From positions 177 to 64,176 of the forward strand of contig JACQES010000074.1 in the NCBI GenBank assembly GCA_016200495.1: a stretch of DNA of 64,000 nt. Direction: 5' to 3'. The position numbers and the translations under genes were made by a program. The notes beneath the pieces were generated by a model. It did not search any database, had not been told where the DNA came from, and was given only the letters and a program-made list of their open reading frames with translations. Shown in pieces: positions 36,420-45,470 of the stretch (the first letter of the stretch is position 1; each line of letters opens with the position of its first letter). This stretch comes from Gemmatimonadota bacterium (lineage in GTDB: Bacteria; Gemmatimonadota; Gemmatimonadetes; Gemmatimonadales; Gemmatimonadaceae).

Positions 36420-37409
36420 GTGTCGTCCCCTCCGCCGCCCACCACCGCGCGATGGCGTGATCCCCGCGCCGCGGGACCAGCCGGACTCCTCGACCCGGCG
36501 TTCTTGCGCTTGCAGTGCGCGTTCTGGCCGCTCTACGGCGCCAGCCTCATGCTCCCATGGCTGGGCCGGTACACGATCGCGTCGATGGTACCCAACAAGA
36601 TCGTGATCGCAGCCACCGGTGCGCTCGCCGCCGCGGGCATCCGGCAGGTACTGCTGCGTACCTGGGATGCCGACCGCACGCCGTGGCGGCACCTGCTGAT
36701 CGCCTTGGTGGCCTCGGCCGTGCTGGGCCTCGCATGGGACCTCGTGCTCTCGACGGTGCTTGGGCACCGCATCGCGCTCGACCTGGGGCCCTGGGGGGCG
36801 CTGCGTGCTGGCGTTCCGCGATTGACGGGCGCCTTCTATCACGCATCGATCCTGGCGATCTGGAGCCTCAGCTACCTCGCCATGTGGCGTGAACCGGGCG
36901 GCGCACCGGAACCCGAAGCGGTCGCCGACATGACGCAGCGCCCGGATGAGCACGCGCATGCAAGCGGCGGCGTGGCCGAGGTCGCCGCACCCACGCGGCT
37001 CGTGCTCCGGGACGGTCGCCGCGTGGTCATGCTCGGGCTGGACGAAATTGACTGGGTGGAGGCCGAGGGCGACTACGTGCGCGTCCACGCCGGATCGAGG
37101 AGGCTTCTGTTGCGCGCCACGCTGGCCGGCACGGCATCCACGCTACCGGCACACCGTTACGTCCGCATTCATCGTTCTACCATCGTGCGCGTCGCCCTCG
37201 TTCGGGAGTTGGTGCCACGACCCAACCGCGAATACGACGTGGTGCTGCGGGGCGGCGTGCGGCTTCGCGCCAGCCGCCGGTACGCGGAGCAGCTCTGCCT
37301 CGCGCTCGGCGTGGGTGCGGGATGCGCACCGCAGGTGAGCACGGACGTGGAACGCACGGGTCCGGAGGTGAGCGGCTCCGGAGCGGCCGTGCCTGACAGC
37401 GGGTCCTGA
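36420..37409 (+). CDS. Membrane-anchored LytTR-domain transcriptional regulator
   Basis: This is the 3' part of ORF 36198..37409. No in-frame ATG lies near the first TM helix. The GTG at 36420 is my best guess for the start, so the start is uncertain. About 4 TM helices are followed by a LytTR domain (IDWVEAEGDYVRVHAG...YVRIHRSTIVRV). Confidence 0.65.
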   Translation: MSSPPPPTTARWRDPRAAGPAGLLDPAFLRLQCAFWPLYGASLMLPWLGRYTIASMVPNKIVIAATGALAAAGIRQVLLRTWDADRTPWRHLLIALVASAVLGLAWDLVLSTVLGHRIALDLGPWGALRAGVPRLTGAFYHASILAIWSLSYLAMWREPGGAPEPEAVADMTQRPDEHAHASGGVAEVAAPTRLVLRDGRRVVMLGLDEIDWVEAEGDYVRVHAGSRRLLLRATLAGTASTLPAHRYVRIHRSTIVRVALVRELVPRPNREYDVVLRGGVRLRASRRYAEQLCLALGVGAGCAPQVSTDVERTGPEVSGSGAAVPDSGS

Positions 37410-37765
37410 ACGCCGAGACGAGCTGGCCGGCTCACGCCTCGCCCCGTCGCCGTGTCGCGGGGTGGTGACGGCGAAGCAGCGACGCGGATGCGGTTCGCGC
37501 ATCGCCCGCCCGCAGGTCCCCGCACCTCGCCGACGCACGGCGCCGGGGCAACCGAGGGTGCGACACCCGTGACCAACCGCACGCCGGGATTCACGCACGC
37601 CTCCTCGGGGGAGTCGCCCGACAGCCGCGGCACGACCCGGGCGGATATCGTGTCGTGAGGCCTTGACCCGGCGAAGGGCGCGGTCGTGCGCTCGCGCCAG
37701 GTGACCGAACGACGGTGGGAACGCGGAGTGCCGTGCGCGTTCGTCGATTGCCGTGGGAGATGCTC

Positions 37766-39184
37766 ATGCGGACGGGATGGCTCGCCTTCCTCTTGCTGGT
37801 CGACGTGACGCGCGCGGCCGCGCAGACGGTTGCGCCCGAATCGTTCACCGTCCGGCACATGGCGCTCGACGTGGCTGTCGACTTCCCGGCCGAGCACGTC
37901 GGCGGCGCGGTGACGTACACGCTCGCGAACTGGACGCGCGCGCCGGCCCGCACGGTGAGCTTCCTCGTCAACCGCCTGATGGAGGCGTCGTCGGTGGAGG
38001 ACGCCAACGGCGCGGCGCTCACCTTTCGCCAGGCCGTCGTGCGCTTTCACGACGATCCCATGCGGCAAGTCAACCAGGTGCGCGTGACGCTGCGGCACGC
38101 GGTGCCTCCAGGAGGCGAGGTGACCGTGCGCATCGCCTACGGAGGGAACCTCGTCGGCTACACCGAGATCGGCTGGCTCTACGTGCGCGACCGCGTGGAC
38201 ACCGCCTTCACGATCCTGCGCGAGGATGCGCTCGCCTTTCCGGTCGTGGATGGCCTCTCGGAGGCGGCCAACCGGCGGCGACCACGCACCGACTTCACCT
38301 ACGACGCGACGGTGCGCGTGCCGAGGCGGTTCCTCGTCGCCGCGGGAGGCGCCGCGAGCCGCGCGTCGCACGCCGACGGCACCGTGAGCTGGCGCTATCG
38401 CTCGGCTGGCGCGAGCCCCTTCCTCAACCTGGCCATCGCCCCGTTCGATACCCTCGTCGAGTCCGGCGTGCGCCTGTTCTCGTTCCCCGCCGACAGCGCC
38501 GGCGCGCGCCGGACGATGGCCAGCGCGCAGGCGGCGCTTCGCACGCTGACCCGCTGGTTCGGTCCGCTGCACGTCGCCCCGGAGGTGACCATCACCGAGA
38601 TCCCCGATGGATGGGGGTCGCAGGCCAGCCTCGTCGGCGGCATCATCCAGTCGGCCGCCGTCTTCCACGATGCGACGCAGGTCGGGGAGCTCTATCACGA
38701 GCTCACGCATCTCTGGAACGCGCGTGACACCGACCAGCCGTCGCCCCGCTGGAACGAAGGGCTCGCGTCGTTCCTGCAGGGGCTCTTGCGGGAGCGCCTC
38801 GACGGCTGGGCCGGACGCCCGGAGGCCGAAGCGCGTCGCATCGCGCAGCTGCGGGAACGCGCCGCCGGGGACTCGCTGTTGCGACGCGTGCCCTTCGTGG
38901 CGTACGGGGCGCGCGGCATCACCGACAACGCCTATCGCGTTGGCGCGCTCCTCTTCGCGACGCTCCACGCGCTGGTCGGCGATGCGCAGTTCCAGGCGAT
39001 CGTCGGTGGCTACTATCAGGCCCACCCGCGCGGTGGCAGCACGGCCGACTTCATCGCGTTCGCGACGCGCGCTTCCACGCGCGACCTGACTGCCTTCTTC
39101 GACGACTGGATGCGCACCACGCGCTGGGTCGCGCACCTCGAGCGCGCGACCACCGTCGAGGACCTCGCGGCCCACTACCGCTGA
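37766..39184 (+). CDS. Exported M1-like gluzincin peptidase
   Basis: ORF 37715..39184. The ATG at 37766 lies 6 nt after GGGAG (37755-37759), and an alternative ATG is at 37760. A signal peptide is present. Zinc motif LYHELTHLW plus downstream NEGLASF. Confidence 0.82.
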   Translation: MRTGWLAFLLLVDVTRAAAQTVAPESFTVRHMALDVAVDFPAEHVGGAVTYTLANWTRAPARTVSFLVNRLMEASSVEDANGAALTFRQAVVRFHDDPMRQVNQVRVTLRHAVPPGGEVTVRIAYGGNLVGYTEIGWLYVRDRVDTAFTILREDALAFPVVDGLSEAANRRRPRTDFTYDATVRVPRRFLVAAGGAASRASHADGTVSWRYRSAGASPFLNLAIAPFDTLVESGVRLFSFPADSAGARRTMASAQAALRTLTRWFGPLHVAPEVTITEIPDGWGSQASLVGGIIQSAAVFHDATQVGELYHELTHLWNARDTDQPSPRWNEGLASFLQGLLRERLDGWAGRPEAEARRIAQLRERAAGDSLLRRVPFVAYGARGITDNAYRVGALLFATLHALVGDAQFQAIVGGYYQAHPRGGSTADFIAFATRASTRDLTAFFDDWMRTTRWVAHLERATTVEDLAAHYR

Positions 39185-39195
39185 TCGCCTGCGCG

Positions 39196-39222
39196 GCCTC
39201 CGGCGCGCGCGGTGCCGGAGGC
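39196..39222. terminator. 9-bp GC hairpin between convergent genes
   Basis: GCCTCCGGC (39196-39204) pairs with GCCGGAGGC (39214-39222), with a 9-nt loop. It lies between the stops at 39184 (+) and 39237 (-). Confidence 0.35.
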
Positions 39223-39236
39223 GACCAGCGCCCCTG

Positions 39237-39710
39237 CTATCGCTGCGCCGGCGGCTTCGCGCCCGGCGGCGCCGCCCCACCCTCCGTCGGATCACGCCCA
39301 TCCTTGGGCGCCCCCGTCCCCGACGATCCCATGAAGATCTTCTTGCCGTCGGCGAACGTCACGTCGCGCCCGTTGGCGCGCTTGAGCGAGTGGTCCTTGG
39401 TCTGGTAGCCGTCCACGATGATCTCGGTGCCGTACTTGAGGCTCTCGCGCGTGAGCCCGCGGCGGAGCAGCACGTTGGGCGTGCCCCCCTCCACCATCCA
39501 CACCTCGGTCCCGCCCTCCTTCTTCGCCACTTCCATGTGGATCCACGAGTGCGGATTCACCCACTCGAGCTTCACCACCTTCCCCTTCAGCTTGATCGGC
39601 GCGTTCGGGTCGAACTCGGCACCGAACGCGTGGTGCGCGTCGGCCGGCGTCGGGAATGCCAGCACGGCGCCGAACGCGGCCGCGGAGGCGATCAGGAAGG
39701 AACGTCGCAT
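39237..39710 (-). CDS. Exported DUF6152-like protein (family name from memory)
   Basis: 157-aa ORF. A signal peptide is followed by HHAFGAEFDPNAPIKLKGKVVKLEWVNPHSWIHMEV... The gene starts 15 nt after the upstream stop. Confidence 0.82.
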   Translation of the reverse strand: MRRSFLIASAAAFGAVLAFPTPADAHHAFGAEFDPNAPIKLKGKVVKLEWVNPHSWIHMEVAKKEGGTEVWMVEGGTPNVLLRRGLTRESLKYGTEIIVDGYQTKDHSLKRANGRDVTFADGKKIFMGSSGTGAPKDGRDPTEGGAAPPGAKPPAQR

Positions 39711-39725
39711 CGGGAACTCCGGGAA

Positions 39726-40781
39726 TCAGGGCTTGGGCTTCTGTGCGGCTTCGCGCTCCATCGACCGCGCGCCGCTCAACACGTTCGCGAGGGCGTAGTT
39801 CCCCTCGTGACAGGCATACTCGTAGATCAGGTCGTCCATCTTGTTGAACGGCAGCTCGCCGCTCCACGGGCTCGCCCACGTCGCCGCGTCCTTCACCGTG
39901 AACCGGTAGAGGATCTTGTACTGCCCCGTGCGGTGGAACTTCTCCGTGATCACCAGGCTGTCGGTCGCGAGCGTGCGCGGCCACTGGCGCGGCGGGAGGT
40001 TGGTTGTCGTCACCACCAGCGTGTCGCCCTCCCAGTGTCCCACCGACTCGCCCATCCACGGACGCATGGTCGCCGGCAGCGAGTGCGGCACGTTCATGCG
40101 GATGATGCGCGTGTCGTGCACCATCTCCGTCATGATCAGCACCACGTCCTTCCGCTGCACGATCGTGTAGTTGTTGTTGTAGAACCCGTTCGGCAGCATC
40201 GGCGGCCCCGCGTTGGAACCGAACGACATGATGCACCGCTCCGCGAGCGGCCGGTTCTCGGGGTTGTCGTACTCGCCCCACTGCCGGAGCGTCTTCGCGC
40301 GCTCGAGCATCCGCGCGCGCGCCGCCGGGATGAGCGGCGCCACCTTCCCCTCGGGCGGGTCCACGATGATCGAGCTCCGCACCTCGCCGTTCACCGTGGC
40401 GAAATGATCGCCCGCGTCGATGTAGAAGAGGTTGTAGCCGCCCACCATGCCCGCGGCGCCCGTGGAGCCGTCGCCCCCCTTGGGCGGCGCGGGACGGTCG
40501 GGGTCCGACGCGCGCGCGCCGCGCTCGAGCGAATCGCTGCGCACCTTCTCGAGCGCCGCCACCTGCGCGGGGCTGAGCGCGCGCGGCTGGCCGTTCGGCC
40601 GCTCGAGGGGCGTCATGGTCGCGTTGCTCCAGTTGCCCTGGAGGTCGGGATGGCCGTCCGGCGTGCGCGGCAGCACCCACCTGGCCGGTGCCTTCTGCGC
40701 GCCCAGCGCCGGCGCCAGCAGCAGGAGCGCCAGCAGGACGCGCACGCTACGGCTTGATCGGGTTCTTGCGCAGGTGCCCAT
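39726..40781 (-). CDS. Exported protein of unknown function (paralogue A)
   Basis: 351-aa ORF with a signal peptide. Motifs GHPDLQGNWSN, WMGESVGHWEGDTLVVTTTN and ITEKFHR... are shared with the upstream gene. The ATG at 40781 overlaps the upstream gene by 35 nt, and an alternative GTG lies at 40745. Confidence 0.82.
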   Translation of the reverse strand: MGTCARTRSSRSVRVLLALLLLAPALGAQKAPARWVLPRTPDGHPDLQGNWSNATMTPLERPNGQPRALSPAQVAALEKVRSDSLERGARASDPDRPAPPKGGDGSTGAAGMVGGYNLFYIDAGDHFATVNGEVRSSIIVDPPEGKVAPLIPAARARMLERAKTLRQWGEYDNPENRPLAERCIMSFGSNAGPPMLPNGFYNNNYTIVQRKDVVLIMTEMVHDTRIIRMNVPHSLPATMRPWMGESVGHWEGDTLVVTTTNLPPRQWPRTLATDSLVITEKFHRTGQYKILYRFTVKDAATWASPWSGELPFNKMDDLIYEYACHEGNYALANVLSGARSMEREAAQKPKP

Positions 40782-41619
40782 ACATCAATTCCTCCACGAA
40801 CTCCACGCACTTGAACTGCCCGAGTCGCGCGTCCGGCTCCACGTGCCGGTACAGCGTGACGCGCACCGACCACGGCTTCGTGAACGTCGCCGGGTCTTCC
40901 ATCGTCGCCTCATACGCGATGTGGTCGGCATCGGTGAGCACCCACTTCTCCGTCACCACCAGGTTTTCCGTGTGGTGGTTCCCCGCCCGGTCGAACCAGG
41001 TGCGGTCGTTGAAGCCGTTCACCTTCACCACCAACGTGTCGCCCTTCCACGTCCCGACCGACTGCCCCATCCACCCGTCCGTCTGCGGCGGGCCCGGATC
41101 CTTGTAGTACACCTGCCGCACCGCCCCCGCGTACTCGTAGGCGATGAAGAACTGGCTCTCGCTCTGCACCACCTGGAACGCATACGGCATGTACGTCGCG
41201 CGCGGCACGCCCGGCAGGTAGCAGCGGATTTCCGGATCGCGCTCCAGCCACTTCGCGCGGTTCTCGTCGCGCTTGGCCAGCGCCTCGGCCGTGTACGGAA
41301 TCGTCCCGCCCACCACGATGCCCGTCCCCGCCGGCACCGACCCCACCGCGCCCATCGCGAGCACTTCCTTCGCGGGCACCGGCACCACCGGGCCCTCGCG
41401 CATCGCGAGCGCGGGACGCGCATCGTGCGGCTCGATGTCCCAGTGCGCGGTCGTCATCGCCTGCCAGATGCCGCTCAGGTCGGGCTTGCCGCTCGCGAGG
41501 CGGGGGATCGGGGGGCGCGCGGGCGCGCTCGCCGCGCGCTGTGCCGCCAATGGCGTCACCACGAGCGCCGATGCCACGAGGCACGACGACAACCGCACCA
41601 TCACGCGACGCATCGTCAT
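40747..41619 (-). CDS. Exported protein of unknown function (paralogue B)
   Basis: This is the last 290 codons of ORF 40747..42168. The ATG at 41619 overlaps the PP2C stop (ATGA). A signal peptide is present. Motifs: GKPDLSGIWQA, WMGQSVGTWKGDTLVVKVNG, VTEKWVL. Confidence 0.82.
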   Translation of the reverse strand: MTMRRVMVRLSSCLVASALVVTPLAAQRAASAPARPPIPRLASGKPDLSGIWQAMTTAHWDIEPHDARPALAMREGPVVPVPAKEVLAMGAVGSVPAGTGIVVGGTIPYTAEALAKRDENRAKWLERDPEIRCYLPGVPRATYMPYAFQVVQSESQFFIAYEYAGAVRQVYYKDPGPPQTDGWMGQSVGTWKGDTLVVKVNGFNDRTWFDRAGNHHTENLVVTEKWVLTDADHIAYEATMEDPATFTKPWSVRVTLYRHVEPDARLGQFKCVEFVEELMYGHLRKNPIKP

Positions 41620-42446
41620 CCCGTCATCCTCGCCACGATCACCGTGACGTTGTCGCTGCCGCCGCCATCCAGCGCCTCCTGCACCAGCGTCTTCGCCATC
41701 ATCTCCGCCGTCCACGGCTTCCCCAGCACCTCGGCGATCCGCGTGTCGTTCACGTGCTTCGTCAGCCCGTCGGAGCACATCAGCAGCACGTCGCCCGCCG
41801 CGAAGTCCACCAGCCCCACGCTCGGCATCATGTCCTGCCCGCCGAGCGCGCTGTAGAGCGTCTGCGAGAGGCTCGAGCGCGCGGCCTGCTCCTCCGTCAT
41901 CGCCCCCGCGTCCACCATCGCCTCGCCCATCGTCTGGTCGCGCGTGAGCGGGCGCAGCCACCCGTTGTGCAGGTACATCGCGCGGCTGTCGCCCACGTGC
42001 ACCACGTACGCGCGCGGCCAGATGAGCGTCACCATCGTCAGCGTCGTCGCCGGCGGGCGGCTCTGGCGCCCGTTCGCCTCGCGCACCTGCTGGTGCGCCT
42101 CGTGCACCCCGGCCTCGAGCTTCTCGAGGAACTCGTGCTCCGCCTCGACGTCGAGGTTGTTGAAGCACGACATCGTCGTGTTGAGGTAGGCCACGAGCGA
42201 CGTCACCGCCGTGCGGCTCGCCACGTCGCCCCCCGCCTGCCCGCCCACGCCGTCGGCCACGGCGAACAGCTGCGCCTCCGCGCTCTTCGCCTGGTCGAAC
42301 ACCGTCGTGTCGTCCAGGTTCGATTGCCGGAGCGCGATCTCCTTGCGCAGCGTCGCGATCACGAAGTGGTCCTCGTTCCGCGTCCGCTTCCGCCCCACGT
42401 CCGAGAGGCCGAAGACGTCCACGCCGCCCGCGAAGATCGCGCTCAT
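41616..42446 (-). CDS. PP2C-family Ser/Thr protein phosphatase
   Basis: This is the 3' part of ORF 41616..42584. The ATG at 42446 overlaps the GTPase stop (ATGA). Motifs: SDVGRKRTRNEDHF, FAVADGVGG, LLMCSDGL, GGSDNVTVIV. Confidence 0.9.
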   Translation of the reverse strand: MSAIFAGGVDVFGLSDVGRKRTRNEDHFVIATLRKEIALRQSNLDDTTVFDQAKSAEAQLFAVADGVGGQAGGDVASRTAVTSLVAYLNTTMSCFNNLDVEAEHEFLEKLEAGVHEAHQQVREANGRQSRPPATTLTMVTLIWPRAYVVHVGDSRAMYLHNGWLRPLTRDQTMGEAMVDAGAMTEEQAARSSLSQTLYSALGGQDMMPSVGLVDFAAGDVLLMCSDGLTKHVNDTRIAEVLGKPWTAEMMAKTLVQEALDGGGSDNVTVIVARMTG

Positions 42447-42949
42447 GCCCCCGCCTTGGGCGCCACCAGCCAGGTCGCCAGCTGCAGGAACATCGCCTCG
42501 ACCCCCTCGCCCGTCTTCGCGCTCGTGCGGAACAGCCCGCCGCGCTTCACCAGCGCCTGGTAATCCTCCACCGAGAGCGCCCACTGGTCCGTCAGGTCGA
42601 TCTTGTTGAGCGCCGTCACGCTCGGCACCGCCCCCGCCGCGGCCGTCGCCACGCGCAGCAGGTCGTCGAGCTGCACCACCGTGTCACGGCGCGTGCCGTC
42701 GCCCACGTAGATGATCCCGTGCGCCCCCTTGAGGTACGACGCCCCGATGTCCTCGCTCGAGTCGCGCCCCGCGAGGTCCCACAGCACGAGCGTCACGTCG
42801 GTCCCCGCCACGTTCACCACCTTGCGGTCGATCTTCACGCCGACGGTGCTGTGGTACTTGTCGGTGAACTTGGTGTGCACGAACTGCTGCACGAGGCTCG
42901 TCTTGCCGGTCCCGAACACCCCGACCATGCACACCTTCTTCTGGATCAT
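42443..42949 (-). CDS. Small Ras/Rab-like GTPase
   Basis: 168-aa ORF. G1 is GVFGTGKTS, the switch I Thr is in YHSTVGV, G3 is WDLAGRD, G4 is NKID, and G5 is TSAKTG. The ATG overlaps the upstream stop (ATGA). Confidence 0.9.
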   Translation of the reverse strand: MIQKKVCMVGVFGTGKTSLVQQFVHTKFTDKYHSTVGVKIDRKVVNVAGTDVTLVLWDLAGRDSSEDIGASYLKGAHGIIYVGDGTRRDTVVQLDDLLRVATAAAGAVPSVTALNKIDLTDQWALSVEDYQALVKRGGLFRTSAKTGEGVEAMFLQLATWLVAPKAGA

Positions 42950-44703
42950 CGCGGCCGGGCTCCGGGTGTGGCGTCGATCGACAGGCGGATGCCAAACGAT
43001 ACGCTCCGGTTGATGCGCGCGCGAGCAGTCGAGTCGCTCTCGCTGAGCGGCTCGCGCGTCCCCACGCCGCGGGTCGTGAGCACCGGCGCCGCGCCGCCCC
43101 CGCGCAGCGCCCCCTCGAGCGCGCGCCGCACCCGCTCGGCCCGCTCGCGGCTCAGGGACTGGTTCGTGGAGTCGGTGCCCGTGGCGTCGGTCCGTCCCGT
43201 CAACGTCAACCCGACCGTCACCCCGTCATCGGCCAGCCCCGCCGCGATCGCGCGCGCATGGCGCGCCGCCGTGCGCACCGCCGCCGCCGCGGCATCATCC
43301 AGCGCCGCGCTCCCCGGCGCGAACAGCACCTGCCCCGCCACCAGCGAATCCCCCGCGCGCACCAGCGCGGCCGGGAGCACCGGCGTCGCCTCGCGCAGGT
43401 CCACCCCCGCCACGCCGGCGGGCCAGCCCGTGCGGCGCGCCACGCGCGCGAGCCACGGCGCATCCGCGGGCCCGCGCACCATCAGCGTCTCGCCGCGCAG
43501 CACTAATGCCGGCTTTCCCACGCTCGTGGGCCCGAGCACCCGCGCGGCGCGCGCCACCACCAGCGACGGCGTGAGCGACACGTAGGGCTCCCACTGCTGC
43601 GTCACGCGCGCCGGCTCCACGCCGGCCGCCCGGAGCACCGTGGCGGGGGTGGCACCGCTCGGGTCGCTCAGCCCCCGCACCTCGTGCGTCCGCCACCCGC
43701 GCGACGCCTCCACCACCACGATCCCCGGCGTCGCGCGCAGCGCCCGCACCGCACGGTTGAACTCGAGCACGCTCCAGGTCCACCACGCCGCGATCACCAG
43801 CGCCACGAGGCCCAGCCCCACGACCCATGGCGTCCAGTTCACCTTGGCGCCCACCGGCTGGTCGGTGTCGAGCACCGTCACGAGGCAGTCCTCGAGCAGC
43901 GGCTGCGCCGCCTCGAACGGCGTCGTGTCCCCCTCGAACTCGGCCAGCGCGCTCGGGAACTGCCCGTGCACCCCCTCGATCGTCTCCTGCAGCCGGCGCA
44001 GGTAGCTCTCCGGCGCCTGGCCGCGCACCACCGCGGCGAGCAGCGCCTTGGGCCCCTGCTCCACCATCACCGTGAGTTCGCCCACGCTGAAGGTGCGGAG
44101 CCCGCCCACCTCCTTCTCGGCCGAGAACGAGTCGCCCACGAAGTCGCGGATCGCGGTGAGCATCCCGCTCACGAGGTCGGCGTCGGGCACCGCGAGGTTG
44201 GGCGGGTGCGCCTGCGCGAGCAGCAGCCCCGTCTCGCGATGCACCAGGAAGACCTGCTCGACGCGGTACACGAGCGCGTGCTTGATCACCACCGCCGCGT
44301 ACGGCACCCCCGTGCGCCAGCTCTCGAACCGCCACGAGAGGCCGCGCGCCGAGAACGAGTGCTGCATCGCGCGGTTGATCGAGCCCACGAGCTCGGCCAT
44401 CGTCTCCGCGATCGCCTTCCGGATCGCCGGCCCCAGCACGGGGAAGATGGCGTCGGCGAACTCCCCCGGCTTCCGCCGCACCGACTCGCTGATCGCCCCC
44501 TCGACCGTGGGGGCGAGCGCGCGCGCCAGCTGCCGGTCCTGCGCCGCGCGCAGCACGATCGCCTCGGGCAACCGCGCCGCGAGCCGCTCCGCGCTCAGGC
44601 GGTTGTCCTCGACCTTCGCCTCCAGCTGGTCGAGCCGCGCTCGCTCCTCGCCGACGAGGATGCGCCGGAGTTTCGCGAGGTCCGGCGCGGACGTCTCGTC
44701 CAC
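42946..44703 (-). CDS. Single-pass membrane protein: cytoplasmic coiled-coil plus roadblock/longin-like region, TM helix, periplasmic OmpA/MotB-like peptidoglycan-binding domain
   Basis: 585-aa ORF with a GTG start at 44703. TM helix: WTPWVVGLGLVALVIAAWWTW. The C-terminus has VLFAPGSAALDD...LTLTGRTDATGTDSTNQSLSRERAERVRRAL, the OmpA_C signature. The roadblock-like call for VEQVFLVHRETGLLLAQA...LVSGMLTAIRDFV...ELTVMVEQGPKALLAAVVRG is inference. Confidence 0.85.
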   Translation of the reverse strand: MDETSAPDLAKLRRILVGEERARLDQLEAKVEDNRLSAERLAARLPEAIVLRAAQDRQLARALAPTVEGAISESVRRKPGEFADAIFPVLGPAIRKAIAETMAELVGSINRAMQHSFSARGLSWRFESWRTGVPYAAVVIKHALVYRVEQVFLVHRETGLLLAQAHPPNLAVPDADLVSGMLTAIRDFVGDSFSAEKEVGGLRTFSVGELTVMVEQGPKALLAAVVRGQAPESYLRRLQETIEGVHGQFPSALAEFEGDTTPFEAAQPLLEDCLVTVLDTDQPVGAKVNWTPWVVGLGLVALVIAAWWTWSVLEFNRAVRALRATPGIVVVEASRGWRTHEVRGLSDPSGATPATVLRAAGVEPARVTQQWEPYVSLTPSLVVARAARVLGPTSVGKPALVLRGETLMVRGPADAPWLARVARRTGWPAGVAGVDLREATPVLPAALVRAGDSLVAGQVLFAPGSAALDDAAAAAVRTAARHARAIAAGLADDGVTVGLTLTGRTDATGTDSTNQSLSRERAERVRRALEGALRGGGAAPVLTTRGVGTREPLSESDSTARARINRSVSFGIRLSIDATPGARPR

Positions 44704-44706
44704 GCG

Positions 44707-45276
44707 CTATCCCTTCTTCCCGTTGGCGTTCGGATCCGCCGCGATCTGCGCCGCCATCGCCCCGAGCATCGAGGCCAAGGCCTGCCGGTCCGTCTTGGCG
44801 TGGCTCAGGTCGGCGTGCGACTTGGCCAGCTCGGCCGAGAGCTTCTCGTGCACCCGGTTGAGCTCGTTGGCCGCCGCCTTCGCGTGCGCGATCAGCTGGT
44901 CGCGCAGCTCCGCGTCCGAGAGCGACGTCGCCTGCTCCAGCGACACGTGCCGCTTCTCCGCCTGCTTGAACGCGTCCTTCACCTCCGCCGCGAGCTCGCG
45001 CAGCGCCTGCACGCGCGCGTCGTTCTCGCTCGCCACGCGCTCGTGCAGCGCCTGCGTCTCCTTCTTGGCGAACTGGTCGAGTTCGGCCGCGCGCTTGAGG
45101 AAGTCCGCCCGCAGCGACTCGACCTCCGCCTGGAACCGCTCCTCGATGTTGCGCAGCCGCGTCTCGACGGTGCGCATCTGCCCGCCGAAGAGGATGTCCC
45201 GCACGGCATCCAGCGATTCCGGCGTCTGCTCGGCGCCCGCCTGGGCGCCCTTCTTGTCCGTCGCGTTCGGGCTCAT
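44707..45276 (-). CDS. Coiled-coil protein of unknown function
   Basis: 189-aa ORF that is charged and heptad-like throughout (RLRNIEERFQAEVESLRADFLKRAAELDQFAKKE...). It has good GC3. Its stop lies 3 nt before the next start. Confidence 0.8.
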   Translation of the reverse strand: MSPNATDKKGAQAGAEQTPESLDAVRDILFGGQMRTVETRLRNIEERFQAEVESLRADFLKRAAELDQFAKKETQALHERVASENDARVQALRELAAEVKDAFKQAEKRHVSLEQATSLSDAELRDQLIAHAKAAANELNRVHEKLSAELAKSHADLSHAKTDRQALASMLGAMAAQIAADPNANGKKG

Positions 45277-45306
45277 GAATCACTCATCGTCAGAAGAACC
45301 AGCTGG

Positions 45307-45400
45307 CATCCACATCGCTCATCCACATCCGTCATCGCTGCACGAGGCCATGTCCCAAACCTCGCAAGCGCCCATCACCCCAACCCATCAACACCCATCA
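45307..45400. repeat. Short direct-repeat motifs in a 245-bp intergenic gap
   Basis: CATCCACATC occurs at 45307-45316 and 45320-45329. CCCATCA occurs at 45371-45377, 45384-45390 and 45394-45400. On the coding (minus) strand these read GATGTGGATG x2 and TGATGGG x3. Confidence 0.5.
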
Positions 45401-45449
45401 CCCGCATCGCACGCCGCGCTTCTCGCCGTCCTCCGTGCCCCCGTGCCTC

Positions 45450-45470
45450 TGTGGTGATTCCGCCACCACA
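45450..45470 (-). terminator. 7-bp hairpin about 50 nt downstream of the HD-GYP gene stop
   Basis: TGTGGTG (45450-45456) pairs with CACCACA (45464-45470), with a 7-nt loop. There is no U-tract, so the terminator role is uncertain. Confidence 0.25.

Noticed and set aside
37452-37658. 68-aa ORF in the gap between the LytTR gene and the M1-like peptidase gene.
   Set aside because: Its GC3 is clearly lower than in neighbouring genes (about 12 of 68 codons end in A/T). It is low-complexity and Gly/Thr/Arg/Pro-rich, has no RBS and no motif. It is probably non-coding leader sequence.
45351-45461. Plus-strand mini-ORF MSQTSQAPITPTHQHPSPASHAALLAVLRAPVPLW in the 245-bp gap.
   Set aside because: It runs opposite to the surrounding operon and has no RBS. 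Its composition simply reflects the CCCATCA repeats. I treated the region as a repeat or regulatory element instead.
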